Source of the DNA: Candidatus Wolframiiraptor gerlachensis
GTDB taxonomy: Archaea > Thermoproteota > Nitrososphaeria_A > Caldarchaeales > Wolframiiraptoraceae
Direction: 5' to 3'
Assembly: GCA_021323375.2 (NCBI GenBank)
Contig: JAJPCT020000022.1
Coordinates: 38,411 to 102,410, forward strand
Length of the DNA: 64,000 nucleotides
The translations under genes and the position numbers were made by a program. Below, one piece after another: positions 1-8,258 of this stretch (position 1 is its first letter; each line of letters begins with the position of its first letter). The notes beneath the pieces are model-generated. The model saw only the letters and a list, made by a program, of their open reading frames with translations, did not search any database and was not told where the DNA came from.

Positions 1-130
1 TCACCTTGAGAAGTATGTCCCCTCTAGCATAGAGCCTATCCCCGATAGGCTTGAAGCCGTATCCCTCGATCAAGAGCCTTCCAGCCAGAATCGAGGTTGG
101 ATCAGCCTCCGAGACCACTATCAGCCTCAA
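1..130 (-). CDS. dtdA: D-aminoacyl-tRNA deacylase (DtdA/GEK1 family), N-terminal part; runs off the window
   Basis: Manual translation from TTG at 130: MRLIVVSEADPTSILAGRLLIEGYGFKPIG..., resembling the archaeal DtdA N-terminus (S..DP.S..L....GF); only 43 codons visible. Confidence 0.5.
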   Translation of the reverse strand, partial: MRLIVVSEADPTSILAGRLLIEGYGFKPIGDRLYARGDILLKV

Positions 131-377
131 CCCGCCTCACCCGAGAAATGAATAGCATATCTTCCTATGAATTCCTCTAAAATGTTGCTTTTCCAGCCCC
201 TCGCCCAATCTAGCCGAACATTCATTTCATGGAAGCTATGTTAAAGTAAGGGTCAACAAGGCCTGAATTATGGTTAGCCATGATAGCGCCTCCCATCTAT
301 CACATCTCAAATATTTTGCGATAACGAGTTTATGCCTTTTATGTCGTAATTCAGGAGTGACTCTTGGACAGGAATTT

Positions 378-824
378 TTATTCACCTGGGGGCGGTGGAA
401 GTGATGTTACAGTAATTGTCGTCGTTGATGTAGATGTAACAGTTGTTGTAATGGTTCGCGTGGTTGTCGTCAGGCTTGTAATCGTCTCCGTGGTTGTTAT
501 GGAGTAGGTGGTTGTGGAGGTGATTGTTGTCGGGCTTATGCTCGTCACCGTTGTGGGGATAAAAGTAGCCTCTGTTTTTGTAGATATTTGGGTGAGCGTC
601 GTAGGGCTCGTAATGATACTATAAACAGTTTCCATGCCTGTCACAGTTACTCTGACCGTTTCAGATGAGGTTTCCGTGGATATGACCGTATGAGTAACTG
701 TTGTCGGGCTAAAGATGGTAGTACTCCTAGCCTCGGTCAGGGTTGACATCGATAAAACCCCTATACCTATGATCATTAAAACAGCTATAATCGATAAAGT
801 TAACGCTATGATATTCAGCCTCAC
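378..824 (-). CDS. Thr/Ser-rich secreted or membrane-anchored protein
   Basis: N-terminal hydrophobic helix followed by about 115 aa dominated by T/S, ending LPPPPGE. Confidence 0.7.
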   Translation of the reverse strand: MRLNIIALTLSIIAVLMIIGIGVLSMSTLTEARSTTIFSPTTVTHTVISTETSSETVRVTVTGMETVYSIITSPTTLTQISTKTEATFIPTTVTSISPTTITSTTTYSITTTETITSLTTTTRTITTTVTSTSTTTITVTSLPPPPGE

Positions 825-1046
825 TCTTTCAGATATTTGTACGTCTGATAGGATTTAAGTCTTTCCGATGACGAGCTGTCAACCAGATAATGCCTCTCTT
901 TGGGCCCTATCACTAATGCATAGCCCTTTTATCAAATTCCTGCTGGCCAGCTTTTGCCCGCGCCTTTCTACCAAAGCTTAAGCCCGATTCACTTTTCATG
1001 GTTAAGATTTTAAACTGTTTTATTATCTTTCTAGGCTAGGGGCTGG

Positions 1047-1907
1047 ATGAGATTTAGGTCCATTAGGAGGCCGCTGATATGTAGTCCGGCTGCTAGGCTG
1101 CTTCTTGAAGGTAAGCGCCGCGGCCTTAAAAGTGTTAGGACATCGCTGGATCTTGGGAGGAGCTATGTTGAGGTTGAGCTCCTCGATTATGGCATACGCT
1201 ATGGTGATGTGGAGCTTAGCTGGGATAATATCAACCTCGCTTGCTCCCGGGAGAGGGATATCTATGTTATCGAGGGCGGGGAGCTTATACCGCTCTCAAT
1301 AGCCTCGGAGCATTTTTACAAGCTCGTTCTCGTCAAGTGGGGTAAGCCGCCGACACTCGAGATAGATGGCATACACATGCATAGAATTCTAGATGTTACG
1401 CCCGATGTGGACTCGGAGATGAAGGTGGCTCTCCTAGGGAACATCAGGTGCTGGAGGGTTCTTGATGTTTGCACGGGGCTTGGATACACAGCGATAGCGG
1501 CGCTGAAGAGGGGTGCCTGCTCGATCCTGACAATAGAGAAGGATGAGAATGTGCTGAGGCTCGCCGCCCTCAATCCATGGTCGCGGGAGCTTGAGGATGA
1601 TCGGGTTGAGCTTGTGCTCGGCGACGCATTCGAGGTCTTGGAGGAGTTTAAGAACGAGTTCGACGCCGTGATCCATGATCCCCCGAGGATGCCCCTAGCA
1701 GGGAGCCTCTATAGCTTGGAGTTTTACGTGAAGCTGGCTAGGGCCCTCAAGCCCGGGGGAAAGATCGTGCATTATGTCGGCCAGCCGGGAATCCATAGGG
1801 GTAGGAGGATTTGGAAGGGGGTTCTCGAGAGGCTTAGGCAGGCTGGATTCGATGCAAGCTATGATGAGAGGTCTCGATGCGTCTATGGTAGGAAACTGGG
1901 AAAATAA
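1047..1907 (+). CDS. Class I SAM-dependent methyltransferase (archaeal COG2521-like)
   Basis: PTLEIDGIHMHR, VLDVCTGLGYTAI and IHDPPR motifs. Confidence 0.85.
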   Translation: MRFRSIRRPLICSPAARLLLEGKRRGLKSVRTSLDLGRSYVEVELLDYGIRYGDVELSWDNINLACSRERDIYVIEGGELIPLSIASEHFYKLVLVKWGKPPTLEIDGIHMHRILDVTPDVDSEMKVALLGNIRCWRVLDVCTGLGYTAIAALKRGACSILTIEKDENVLRLAALNPWSRELEDDRVELVLGDAFEVLEEFKNEFDAVIHDPPRMPLAGSLYSLEFYVKLARALKPGGKIVHYVGQPGIHRGRRIWKGVLERLRQAGFDASYDERSRCVYGRKLGK

Positions 1908-1923
1908 GAATAATGATGGGTTT

Positions 1924-2420
1924 TTACTCTGATGGGATCTCGTCTCTCAGCCCATTAACCTAATAGATCGTCATGTCCTATAAATCGCTCCACACGTCGT
2001 CTAGATACTCCGGTAGCCCTGACCTTTCCACGATTCTGACACTACTGCGTACACCTCACTCATAGACTGTTATAGTATAGTGTGGTTCTATCCTGTATGG
2101 TAGCCTGCCATGTTCTCTCATGAGATATGCTAGATCTCTTCATCCGTTGGGATTATTATCCAGTGAGATCTCCTCTAGAGCCTTATAAAACTCCTCATTC
2201 CCGATCTCATGGTAATAGGGTGTATGTCTGAAAACTGAGACTTTAAGCCTCTTATTATCCCTGTCTCGGCAATACCATACCTGCGCCTCCTCGCCCAGCT
2301 CAGCAGCATACTTCTTCTCTACGTGGAAGATCTCATGCCTGTTCGCCCTCCGCTCGCGGGGAATCTCGACTCAGAGCCCCTCAACCTCCCTTAGCGCTCT
2401 CATTATGCCCCTTTCCCATG
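1924..2420 (-). pseudogene. Possible decayed gene of unknown function, truncated at the left end of the adjacent element
   Basis: One frame with coding-like composition (…WERGIMRALREVEGL*VEIPRERR…FRHTPYYHEIGNEEFYKALEEISL…), about 75 uninterrupted codons but 5 internal TGA/TAG stops. Confidence 0.35.
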
Positions 2421-2488
2421 TTGCATTTTCGGGCTGGCCCTCAATGAATAAGTTGAGGGTTCATGTTGAGGGTATGTGTGGGATGTAG

Positions 2489-3373
2489 ATGATTGGGGTT
2501 TACTATGTTGATACTGCAATTCCAAGTGACAGGAAGAAGAGGGGAAGAGTAAGACTCATACGGTCTTCGACGGGGGGCAAGGTATTCAAAGTGAGAAGAT
2601 TAACCGAGCTGGAGGCGCCGACGAGATATACATCAATTCGCTGCTCCCGGAGCTATATGACGAGATCCTAGAATCGTTGAGGAGGGGTGTTAGGGTATAC
2701 CTGCTGAAGGATGTCAGAAAGCTGATGAGGATGGAGAATAACTTGAAGAAGAATGATGAGAATAATGCTATGCTATTTTCAAGAATTCCAAGAGAGGCAT
2801 TCAGGTTGTTGACGATTGAGGAGATAGAGCTTAAGGCGGAGACACATCCGTTGATAAATAAGTATGAGTGGCTTGTGCGGTGGAGGAAGCAGCTGAGGAA
2901 GTTGGTTAAGGACGGCTATGACTATAACTTCAAGGAATCAATAAGGCTCATGGAGATGGATAGGAGGAAAATATCCTCCGAGGAGATTATCAGACAGGTG
3001 GACAGCCTCCCCATTTACGGGGAGATTTGGTGGAAAGCTTGCGAGATCCTTGGGGCTCAGGAAGAGCGCTGAGCTAGCCATACTGGCGATAGGGTTGCCG
3101 CCTCATTTGCCGATGGTGAGTTGAAAACGTTATTGGGGTTGGTTCTAGGCGGAAATAGAGGACGGTACAACCATAGGTTAAGAGATCATATTACGAGATT
3201 CGCAGTAAACCTTTACATAAACGCCGAGAAAGGATGCCAGTATTTCGGATAAGGTTATTGAGGTTGTTAATTGTCTGCCGAAAAAGCGGGCAATATCCAA
3301 ATTAGAGTGATGATTCTAAAAATGCTACGATAGCATACCTTATGACGACAAATCCGCTGGCCAGCGGCAGTAA
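2489..3373 (+). pseudogene. Frameshifted IS110-related (DEDD RuvC + Nop/Tnp-like) protein, about 290 aa when reconstructed
   Basis: Fragments GVYYVDTAIP, DEIYINSLLPELYDEI, RRGVRVYLLKD, KKNDENNAML, LKTLLGL.GGNRGRYNHRLRDHI, AYLMTTNPLA spread over several frames. Confidence 0.8.
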
Positions 3374-3497
3374 AAGCCATAAAAGCCGGTAAGGTTATTA
3401 GCGTTTCCCCACTATGGATGGGTTTATAAACCGTCCATAGATGGTTATGGCAGGATCTCCTGCCGGTCTTTATGGCTACGAGGACTCGCCGGCCAGC
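3356..3497 (+). ncRNA. Putative dual-guide structured RNA, unit 1
   Basis: Nested stems GCTGGCCAGCG/CGCCGGCCAGC, AGCCATAAAAGCCGG/CCGGTCTTTATGGCT and CTATGGA/TCCATAG; 14-nt arms at 3395-3408 and 3445-3458; homologous to 11217-11351 and 53601-53733. Confidence 0.75.
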
Positions 3498-3688
3498 CAC
3501 CTCCCCTTTTCCCCTAAAGCTCACTCACTTTCATGATTATGAACTTCATGTGATACGAATATAGTAAACTGATACTTGGAGCTCGCGGATTCGAACTTTC
3601 ATACTTGTTAAATTTTTTCGGCCCATCCCTCCTAATACACTCCTAAGAGATCCCCTTATACTACCCTTAATCTAAGATTCTGCCGGAT

Positions 3689-5278
3689 ATGCCGAGGGAG
3701 ATCATCGGGCATGGAACTTGGATGGATAAGGTGGCTGCTGAGCTTATTGAGAGGGAGAGGAGGCTTGGCAGGAGCCTAGATATGATAAGGACTGAGAGCG
3801 GGCTCGGGGCTTCAGGGATACCGCATGTGGGTAGTATGGCGGATGCCGTGAGAGCTTATGGTGTAACCCTCGCCCTGAGAGAGCTTGGATACAACTCCGA
3901 GTGCATAGCATTCACCGATGATATGGATGGTCTTAGGAGGGTTCCAGCGGGGATGCCGAGAGAGCTTGAGAAGTATCTCCTCAAGCCCGTCTCATCGATC
4001 CCGGACCCGTACGGCTGCCACGAGTCGTTCGCCGCGCATATGAGCGGGATGCTGAGGGATGGGCTTGAGAAGGCTGGGATAGAGTGCAGATATATGTCGG
4101 GGAGGCAGGCTTATGCCTCCGGGCTCCTAGCCGAGCAGATACATATGATCCTGCTAAATGCTAGGAGGGTTGGGGAGAAGATCGAGGAGCTAACAGGCCA
4201 GACGAAGTTCAAGCAGATCCTTCCATATTTCGCGGTATGCAGGAATTGTGGAAGGATATACACTACGCAGGCCTATGAGTATGATCCCGGAAGGAGGGTT
4301 GTAAGGTATAGGTGTGTTGGTGTGGAGGTTGGGGGGAGGTGGTTTGAGGGGTGCGGCTATGAGGGCGAGGCTGATATCAGGAGGGATGATGGCAAGCTCG
4401 CCTGGAAGACGGAGTTCGCCGCGAGATGGGCCGCCCTAGACATAAGGTTTGAGGCATATGGAAAGGATATCGCGGACTCCGTCAAGGTGAATGACTGGGT
4501 CTCGAGGGAGGTTCTGGGATTCGAGCCCCCAATGCACGTGCGGTATGAGATGTTTTTGGACGCATCGGGTAAAAAGATCTCGAAATCCCTTGGCAACGTC
4601 TTCACGCCCCAGCTCTGGTACAGGTATGGGACGCCTCAGAGTCTTCTCCTTCTGCTCTTCAAGCGGGCTATCGGGACCCGGGTGCTAACACTCCAGACGA
4701 TACCCAAGCTCATGGATGAGCTGGACTACTTGGAAGACGTGTACTTCGACAGGGTTAGGGTGGATAATGAGCTGGAAAGAGCTAGGCTTAAGGGATTATA
4801 CCTTTACTCCTATCTCTTGAGACCACCTGAGAGGCCGTCGCCCCATATACCGTATTCGCTGATCGTGGAGCTGGCCTTGGTCGCGCCGGAGGGGAGGGAG
4901 CTCGAATTTATCATGGCCAGGCTCCGGAAATATGGCTATGAGCTTGATGAGAGGGCCATGGAGAAGATCAGGCTCGCGATAAACTATGCAAGAGATCTGG
5001 GCGCAGTTGAGAGGAGGCCTGTCGAGTTATCCGAGGAGGAGAGGAGGGCGATCATGGAGCTAATTAGGCTTGTTGAAGCGGCGCAGAGCGCTGATGAGGT
5101 TCAGTCAGCGATCTTCCAAGCGGCGAGGAGCGTGGGCCTAGATCCAAAGGAGTTCTTCAAGAAGCTGTACATGATCTTTTTGGGTAGGGAGAGCGGCCCA
5201 AGGCTCGGCCCTTTCCTCTGGGACCTGGGGAAGGATAGGGTGCTGGAGATCCTTCGCTCAAGCCTTCAGCGAAAATGA
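3689..5278 (+). CDS. lysS: Lysine--tRNA ligase, class I
   Basis: GASGIPHVGS (HIGH-like), GKLAWKTEFAARW and KKISKSLGN (KMSKS) motifs. Confidence 0.97.
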   Translation: MPREIIGHGTWMDKVAAELIERERRLGRSLDMIRTESGLGASGIPHVGSMADAVRAYGVTLALRELGYNSECIAFTDDMDGLRRVPAGMPRELEKYLLKPVSSIPDPYGCHESFAAHMSGMLRDGLEKAGIECRYMSGRQAYASGLLAEQIHMILLNARRVGEKIEELTGQTKFKQILPYFAVCRNCGRIYTTQAYEYDPGRRVVRYRCVGVEVGGRWFEGCGYEGEADIRRDDGKLAWKTEFAARWAALDIRFEAYGKDIADSVKVNDWVSREVLGFEPPMHVRYEMFLDASGKKISKSLGNVFTPQLWYRYGTPQSLLLLLFKRAIGTRVLTLQTIPKLMDELDYLEDVYFDRVRVDNELERARLKGLYLYSYLLRPPERPSPHIPYSLIVELALVAPEGRELEFIMARLRKYGYELDERAMEKIRLAINYARDLGAVERRPVELSEEERRAIMELIRLVEAAQSADEVQSAIFQAARSVGLDPKEFFKKLYMIFLGRESGPRLGPFLWDLGKDRVLEILRSSLQRK

Positions 5279-5333
5279 ATACTTATATAATGGGCGATCG
5301 ACAGGATGTCGTCCAAAAGGAGTCGTAAAGGAA

Positions 5334-5741
5334 ATGAGTGAATTGGTAAAGATAAGTCAGTTAAACCCGCGCTCTAGAAACGTAAACCTGATCGCGAAGG
5401 TTGTCAGCAAGTCGCCGGAAAGGATTGTTTCATCGCAATATGATCAGAAGGAACATAGGCTTAGCGAGGCCCTTATAGCTGATGAGACAGGAGCGATAAA
5501 CCTGATCCTCTGGGATGATAGAATAGACGATGTTAAAGAGGGCTCGACGATTAAGGTGACAAACGGCTTCATCAAGCTCTTCAAGGGGAAGATGCAGCTT
5601 AACTTGGGGCGATATGGATCGGTCGAGGAAGTCGATGAGGTCATAGAGGAGGTAAACCTCGATAACAACTTATCAGAGACCCCCCAGCCTCACATGAGAT
5701 TTGGCGAGAGAAGACCTCCAAGACGGTTCAGGCGAAGATAG
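5334..5741 (+). CDS. ssb: Single-stranded DNA-binding protein (single OB-fold, crenarchaeal type)
   Basis: VNLIAKVV…ALIADETGAINLILWD…GKMQLNLGRYG OB-fold plus Arg-rich tail. Confidence 0.9.
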   Translation: MSELVKISQLNPRSRNVNLIAKVVSKSPERIVSSQYDQKEHRLSEALIADETGAINLILWDDRIDDVKEGSTIKVTNGFIKLFKGKMQLNLGRYGSVEEVDEVIEEVNLDNNLSETPQPHMRFGERRPPRRFRRR

Positions 5742-5815
5742 CCAGTAAAGGCAGGGTTCCGGGCCTCCCGGCGAAACCACTATTTTTATATCCTATTTCA
5801 AGCTGATAAGATCAC

Positions 5816-7387
5816 GTGGTAGAAGATCTGGACAATAAGGATTTTGAGCTGATAGTTGCTGAGAGCCCGCAAATCGAAATTCCTATACCGCATGAGAAGC
5901 TTCTCTCTTTCATAAAGCTGGTTGAGGATCTAGGCTGGAATAAGGCGAGGATTAAGCGCTATATCACAACAGCTCTAAGATTGAGGGAGCTTGAGAAACG
6001 TTATGGGAAAAGCTATGCAGCCCTAGTCAAGACCTATGAGAAGCTCGTGAGCGACGAGGTCAAGCTCAGATACTCCATCGAGCAGCTCATGGAGAAGCGC
6101 AGGCAGATGGAAGAGGACTTCAAGCTATATATGGAGCAGTATAAGCTGACCTTAGAGGCTGTTCAGAACGTTGGAAAGCTTGTCGAGGCACTAAAGATGA
6201 GGGGCCTCGATCTAACCGACCTCGAGAAAGCCTTGAAGGCCCTTAGCTTCATGAAGGAGGCGGGACATGATGTCGAGGAGATCGTGAATAGACTGAAGAA
6301 TATCGAGAGCTATGAGGCCTCGATCAAGGAGCTTGAGAGGATGATCGAGGAGATGGAAAAGAGCCTTGAGAATCTTGAGAACGAGAAGAAAAGGCTTCTC
6401 AAGGAGATTGAGGAGATACATGGGTTATCCGGGGATCTAGAGGACTTGAGGAGGGCGCGGGAGGTGCTGGAGGAGAGCATTAAGCAGGCCGAGGCGGAGC
6501 TTAACGAGGTATCTAAGAGGCTGGAGAGCGCTAGATCAGAGCTCGAGACCCTCATCGGATATAGGGCCTCATTCGAGGAGATGCGCAGGATGCTCGATGA
6601 GCTCGAATCCGAGGTAAATAGGCTTAGGGCTGAGAGGGAGTCGCTCCAGAATGAGGTTGCACAGCTTCTTGGTGCGCGGAATGAGATAGGGGAGATTAGG
6701 AGGAAGCTGGAGGAGGGGCGGTCGAGGCTCGCGGCCATCGAGAAGGAGATCAGGGATAGGCAGTCCTATCTCGAAATACTGGAGGGCGAGCTCGCGGCCG
6801 CTTACTCCATCCTTAAACTCTTCACAGAGCCGGGCGGCGTTGAGGTTGAGGATCTCGAGCCCCTCGTCACACATCTCCAGAGGATCTTGAAGATTAAGAG
6901 GGGTGAGCTCCCGGCCCTGAAGCCCCTTGAGCCCCACATACTAAACAAGGTTAAGGAGGATCTAGCATCGCTGATTATGCCCTATGTGAGGGGCGAGTTT
7001 GTTCCCAAGAGGGCCTTCGACCAGCTTGAGAAGGAGGTTAAGAGATTGAGGGAGGAGAATGAGGCTTTGAGGGAGGAGCTAGAACCCCTCAGGAAGCTCT
7101 TGGAGGCTAGGCCGCCAACCGCACCAGCCGAGCAACCGAAGCCATTTCTCGAGGCTATTACTCCGAGCAGCGAGGTTTTAGAGCTTAAGACGCTAGATCG
7201 GGGCAAGAGGTTTAGGATAAAGTGCCCATCATGTGGTGAGATATCGGTGGCAATCGCCCCGGCAATCGAAGAGCTTGGGGAGCTCGCGTCGAAGGGTTGT
7301 AAACTGAGGTTTACGTGCAGGTGCGGCAAAACAATAATCATTCCGCCCGATGTTCTCTTGAAGAAACTGGAGGCGGGCGGCGTTTGA
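5816..7387 (+). CDS. Long coiled-coil protein with C-terminal Zn-ribbon
   Basis: Heptad E/K/R/L-rich coiled coil over most of its length; C-terminal CPSC…CRCG; no Walker A motif seen. Confidence 0.8.
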   Translation: MVEDLDNKDFELIVAESPQIEIPIPHEKLLSFIKLVEDLGWNKARIKRYITTALRLRELEKRYGKSYAALVKTYEKLVSDEVKLRYSIEQLMEKRRQMEEDFKLYMEQYKLTLEAVQNVGKLVEALKMRGLDLTDLEKALKALSFMKEAGHDVEEIVNRLKNIESYEASIKELERMIEEMEKSLENLENEKKRLLKEIEEIHGLSGDLEDLRRAREVLEESIKQAEAELNEVSKRLESARSELETLIGYRASFEEMRRMLDELESEVNRLRAERESLQNEVAQLLGARNEIGEIRRKLEEGRSRLAAIEKEIRDRQSYLEILEGELAAAYSILKLFTEPGGVEVEDLEPLVTHLQRILKIKRGELPALKPLEPHILNKVKEDLASLIMPYVRGEFVPKRAFDQLEKEVKRLREENEALREELEPLRKLLEARPPTAPAEQPKPFLEAITPSSEVLELKTLDRGKRFRIKCPSCGEISVAIAPAIEELGELASKGCKLRFTCRCGKTIIIPPDVLLKKLEAGGV

Positions 7388-7398
7388 GTAGCCGTAAG

Positions 7399-7782
7399 AT
7401 GAACCCGATAGTAGTGATGCTCTCATGGAGGGCTAAGAAGCTCAGGGCCGAGGATGTTGAGAGGATACTCTCCGCGGTCGCTTCGATAAGCGAGGGGCCA
7501 TTCACGCTCACGGACGTCATCGAGAGGCTCCCAGACGATGTCAAGATCGACAGGAACAAGAGGAGGAGGGTTGGAAATCTCCTCCAAGCCCTAGTCTCAA
7601 TAGGATATCTCTCGAAGCCGAGTGAGCGGAAATGGGTTAAAAATGCGCCAACGCTGAGCCACTTCTTGAGCCAGCATCTCTTAGAGCTCTCATCTATCGA
7701 GATGCTCTCCCCGCGTCCTCCACCCGCTGGCGGGAAGGTGATCGGCCGCCGCCAGAAGCTTGATCGTGCATCCGCAACATGA
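7399..7782 (+). CDS. Small winged-helix-like hypothetical protein
   Basis: ATG at 7399 just after the upstream stop; FTLTDVIERL…RRVGNLLQALVSIGYLSKPSERKW is wHTH-like. Confidence 0.65.
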   Translation: MNPIVVMLSWRAKKLRAEDVERILSAVASISEGPFTLTDVIERLPDDVKIDRNKRRRVGNLLQALVSIGYLSKPSERKWVKNAPTLSHFLSQHLLELSSIEMLSPRPPPAGGKVIGRRQKLDRASAT

Positions 7783-8176
7783 TTGAGCCCCTCCAGCTCA
7801 ATGGTATCTCGGTGAAGCTCCACTCCCTGTTGAGAAACCTGGCGGCTATGATAGGTTTCGGCCTTATCTCAGCTCCACACTGCGGGCACCTGACGATAAA
7901 TAGCTTGCAGAACTCGAGGAGCCTCTCGACCTGGGAACTGTTCAGGAGCACATATGACTTGTTCGTAGATTTTACCTCGATTGCTAGGAGCTCGCCCGAG
8001 TCCACTGCGATCACATCTGGTTTCGGGAGCTTTCCAGAGCCGCTTCCAGGGGTCCTAACAGCATATGTCCCAGGCTTTCCCCTGTCTGCGAACATCCTCA
8101 CGAGATAGTACTCGCCCTCATAGCCCATTCTAGCCTTATATCTTGGTGATGACGGGTTTCTCGGCCTCCTCGGCAT
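7694..8176 (-). CDS. hjc: Holliday junction resolvase Hjc
   Basis: GYEGE…AVRTPGSGSG…PDVIAV…LAIEVKST PD-(D/E)XK signature of Hjc. Confidence 0.88.
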   Translation of the reverse strand: MPRRPRNPSSPRYKARMGYEGEYYLVRMFADRGKPGTYAVRTPGSGSGKLPKPDVIAVDSGELLAIEVKSTNKSYVLLNSSQVERLLEFCKLFIVRCPQCGAEIRPKPIIAARFLNREWSFTEIPLSWRGSIMLRMHDQASGGGRSPSRQRVEDAGRASR

Positions 8177-8258
8177 AATCCCAGCAAGGCTAATGAGTTT
8201 GGTACAGTTATTATGGTTATCTCTTCAGGATTGATGACAAGCTATACCGCGAGATTCC

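Larger units (their letters stand above)
2421..3500 (+). mobile_element. Decayed IS110/TasR-like element, copy 1 (left-end hairpin + RuvC/Nop-like gene + structured RNA)
   Basis: Colinear nucleotide and protein similarity with 10354-11360 from TTGC(C)ATTTTCGGG through the 3' RNA; flanks unrelated. Confidence 0.8.

Noticed and set aside
3267-3524. 85-aa minus-strand ORF (and the similar 11073-11390 ORF)
   Set aside because: Antisense shadows of the pseudogene end and structured RNA; no protein-like motifs
8230-8256. TTGATGA box-C-like motif followed by CAAGCTATACCGCG (tRNA D-arm-like complement)
   Set aside because: No convincing D or D' box at proper spacing
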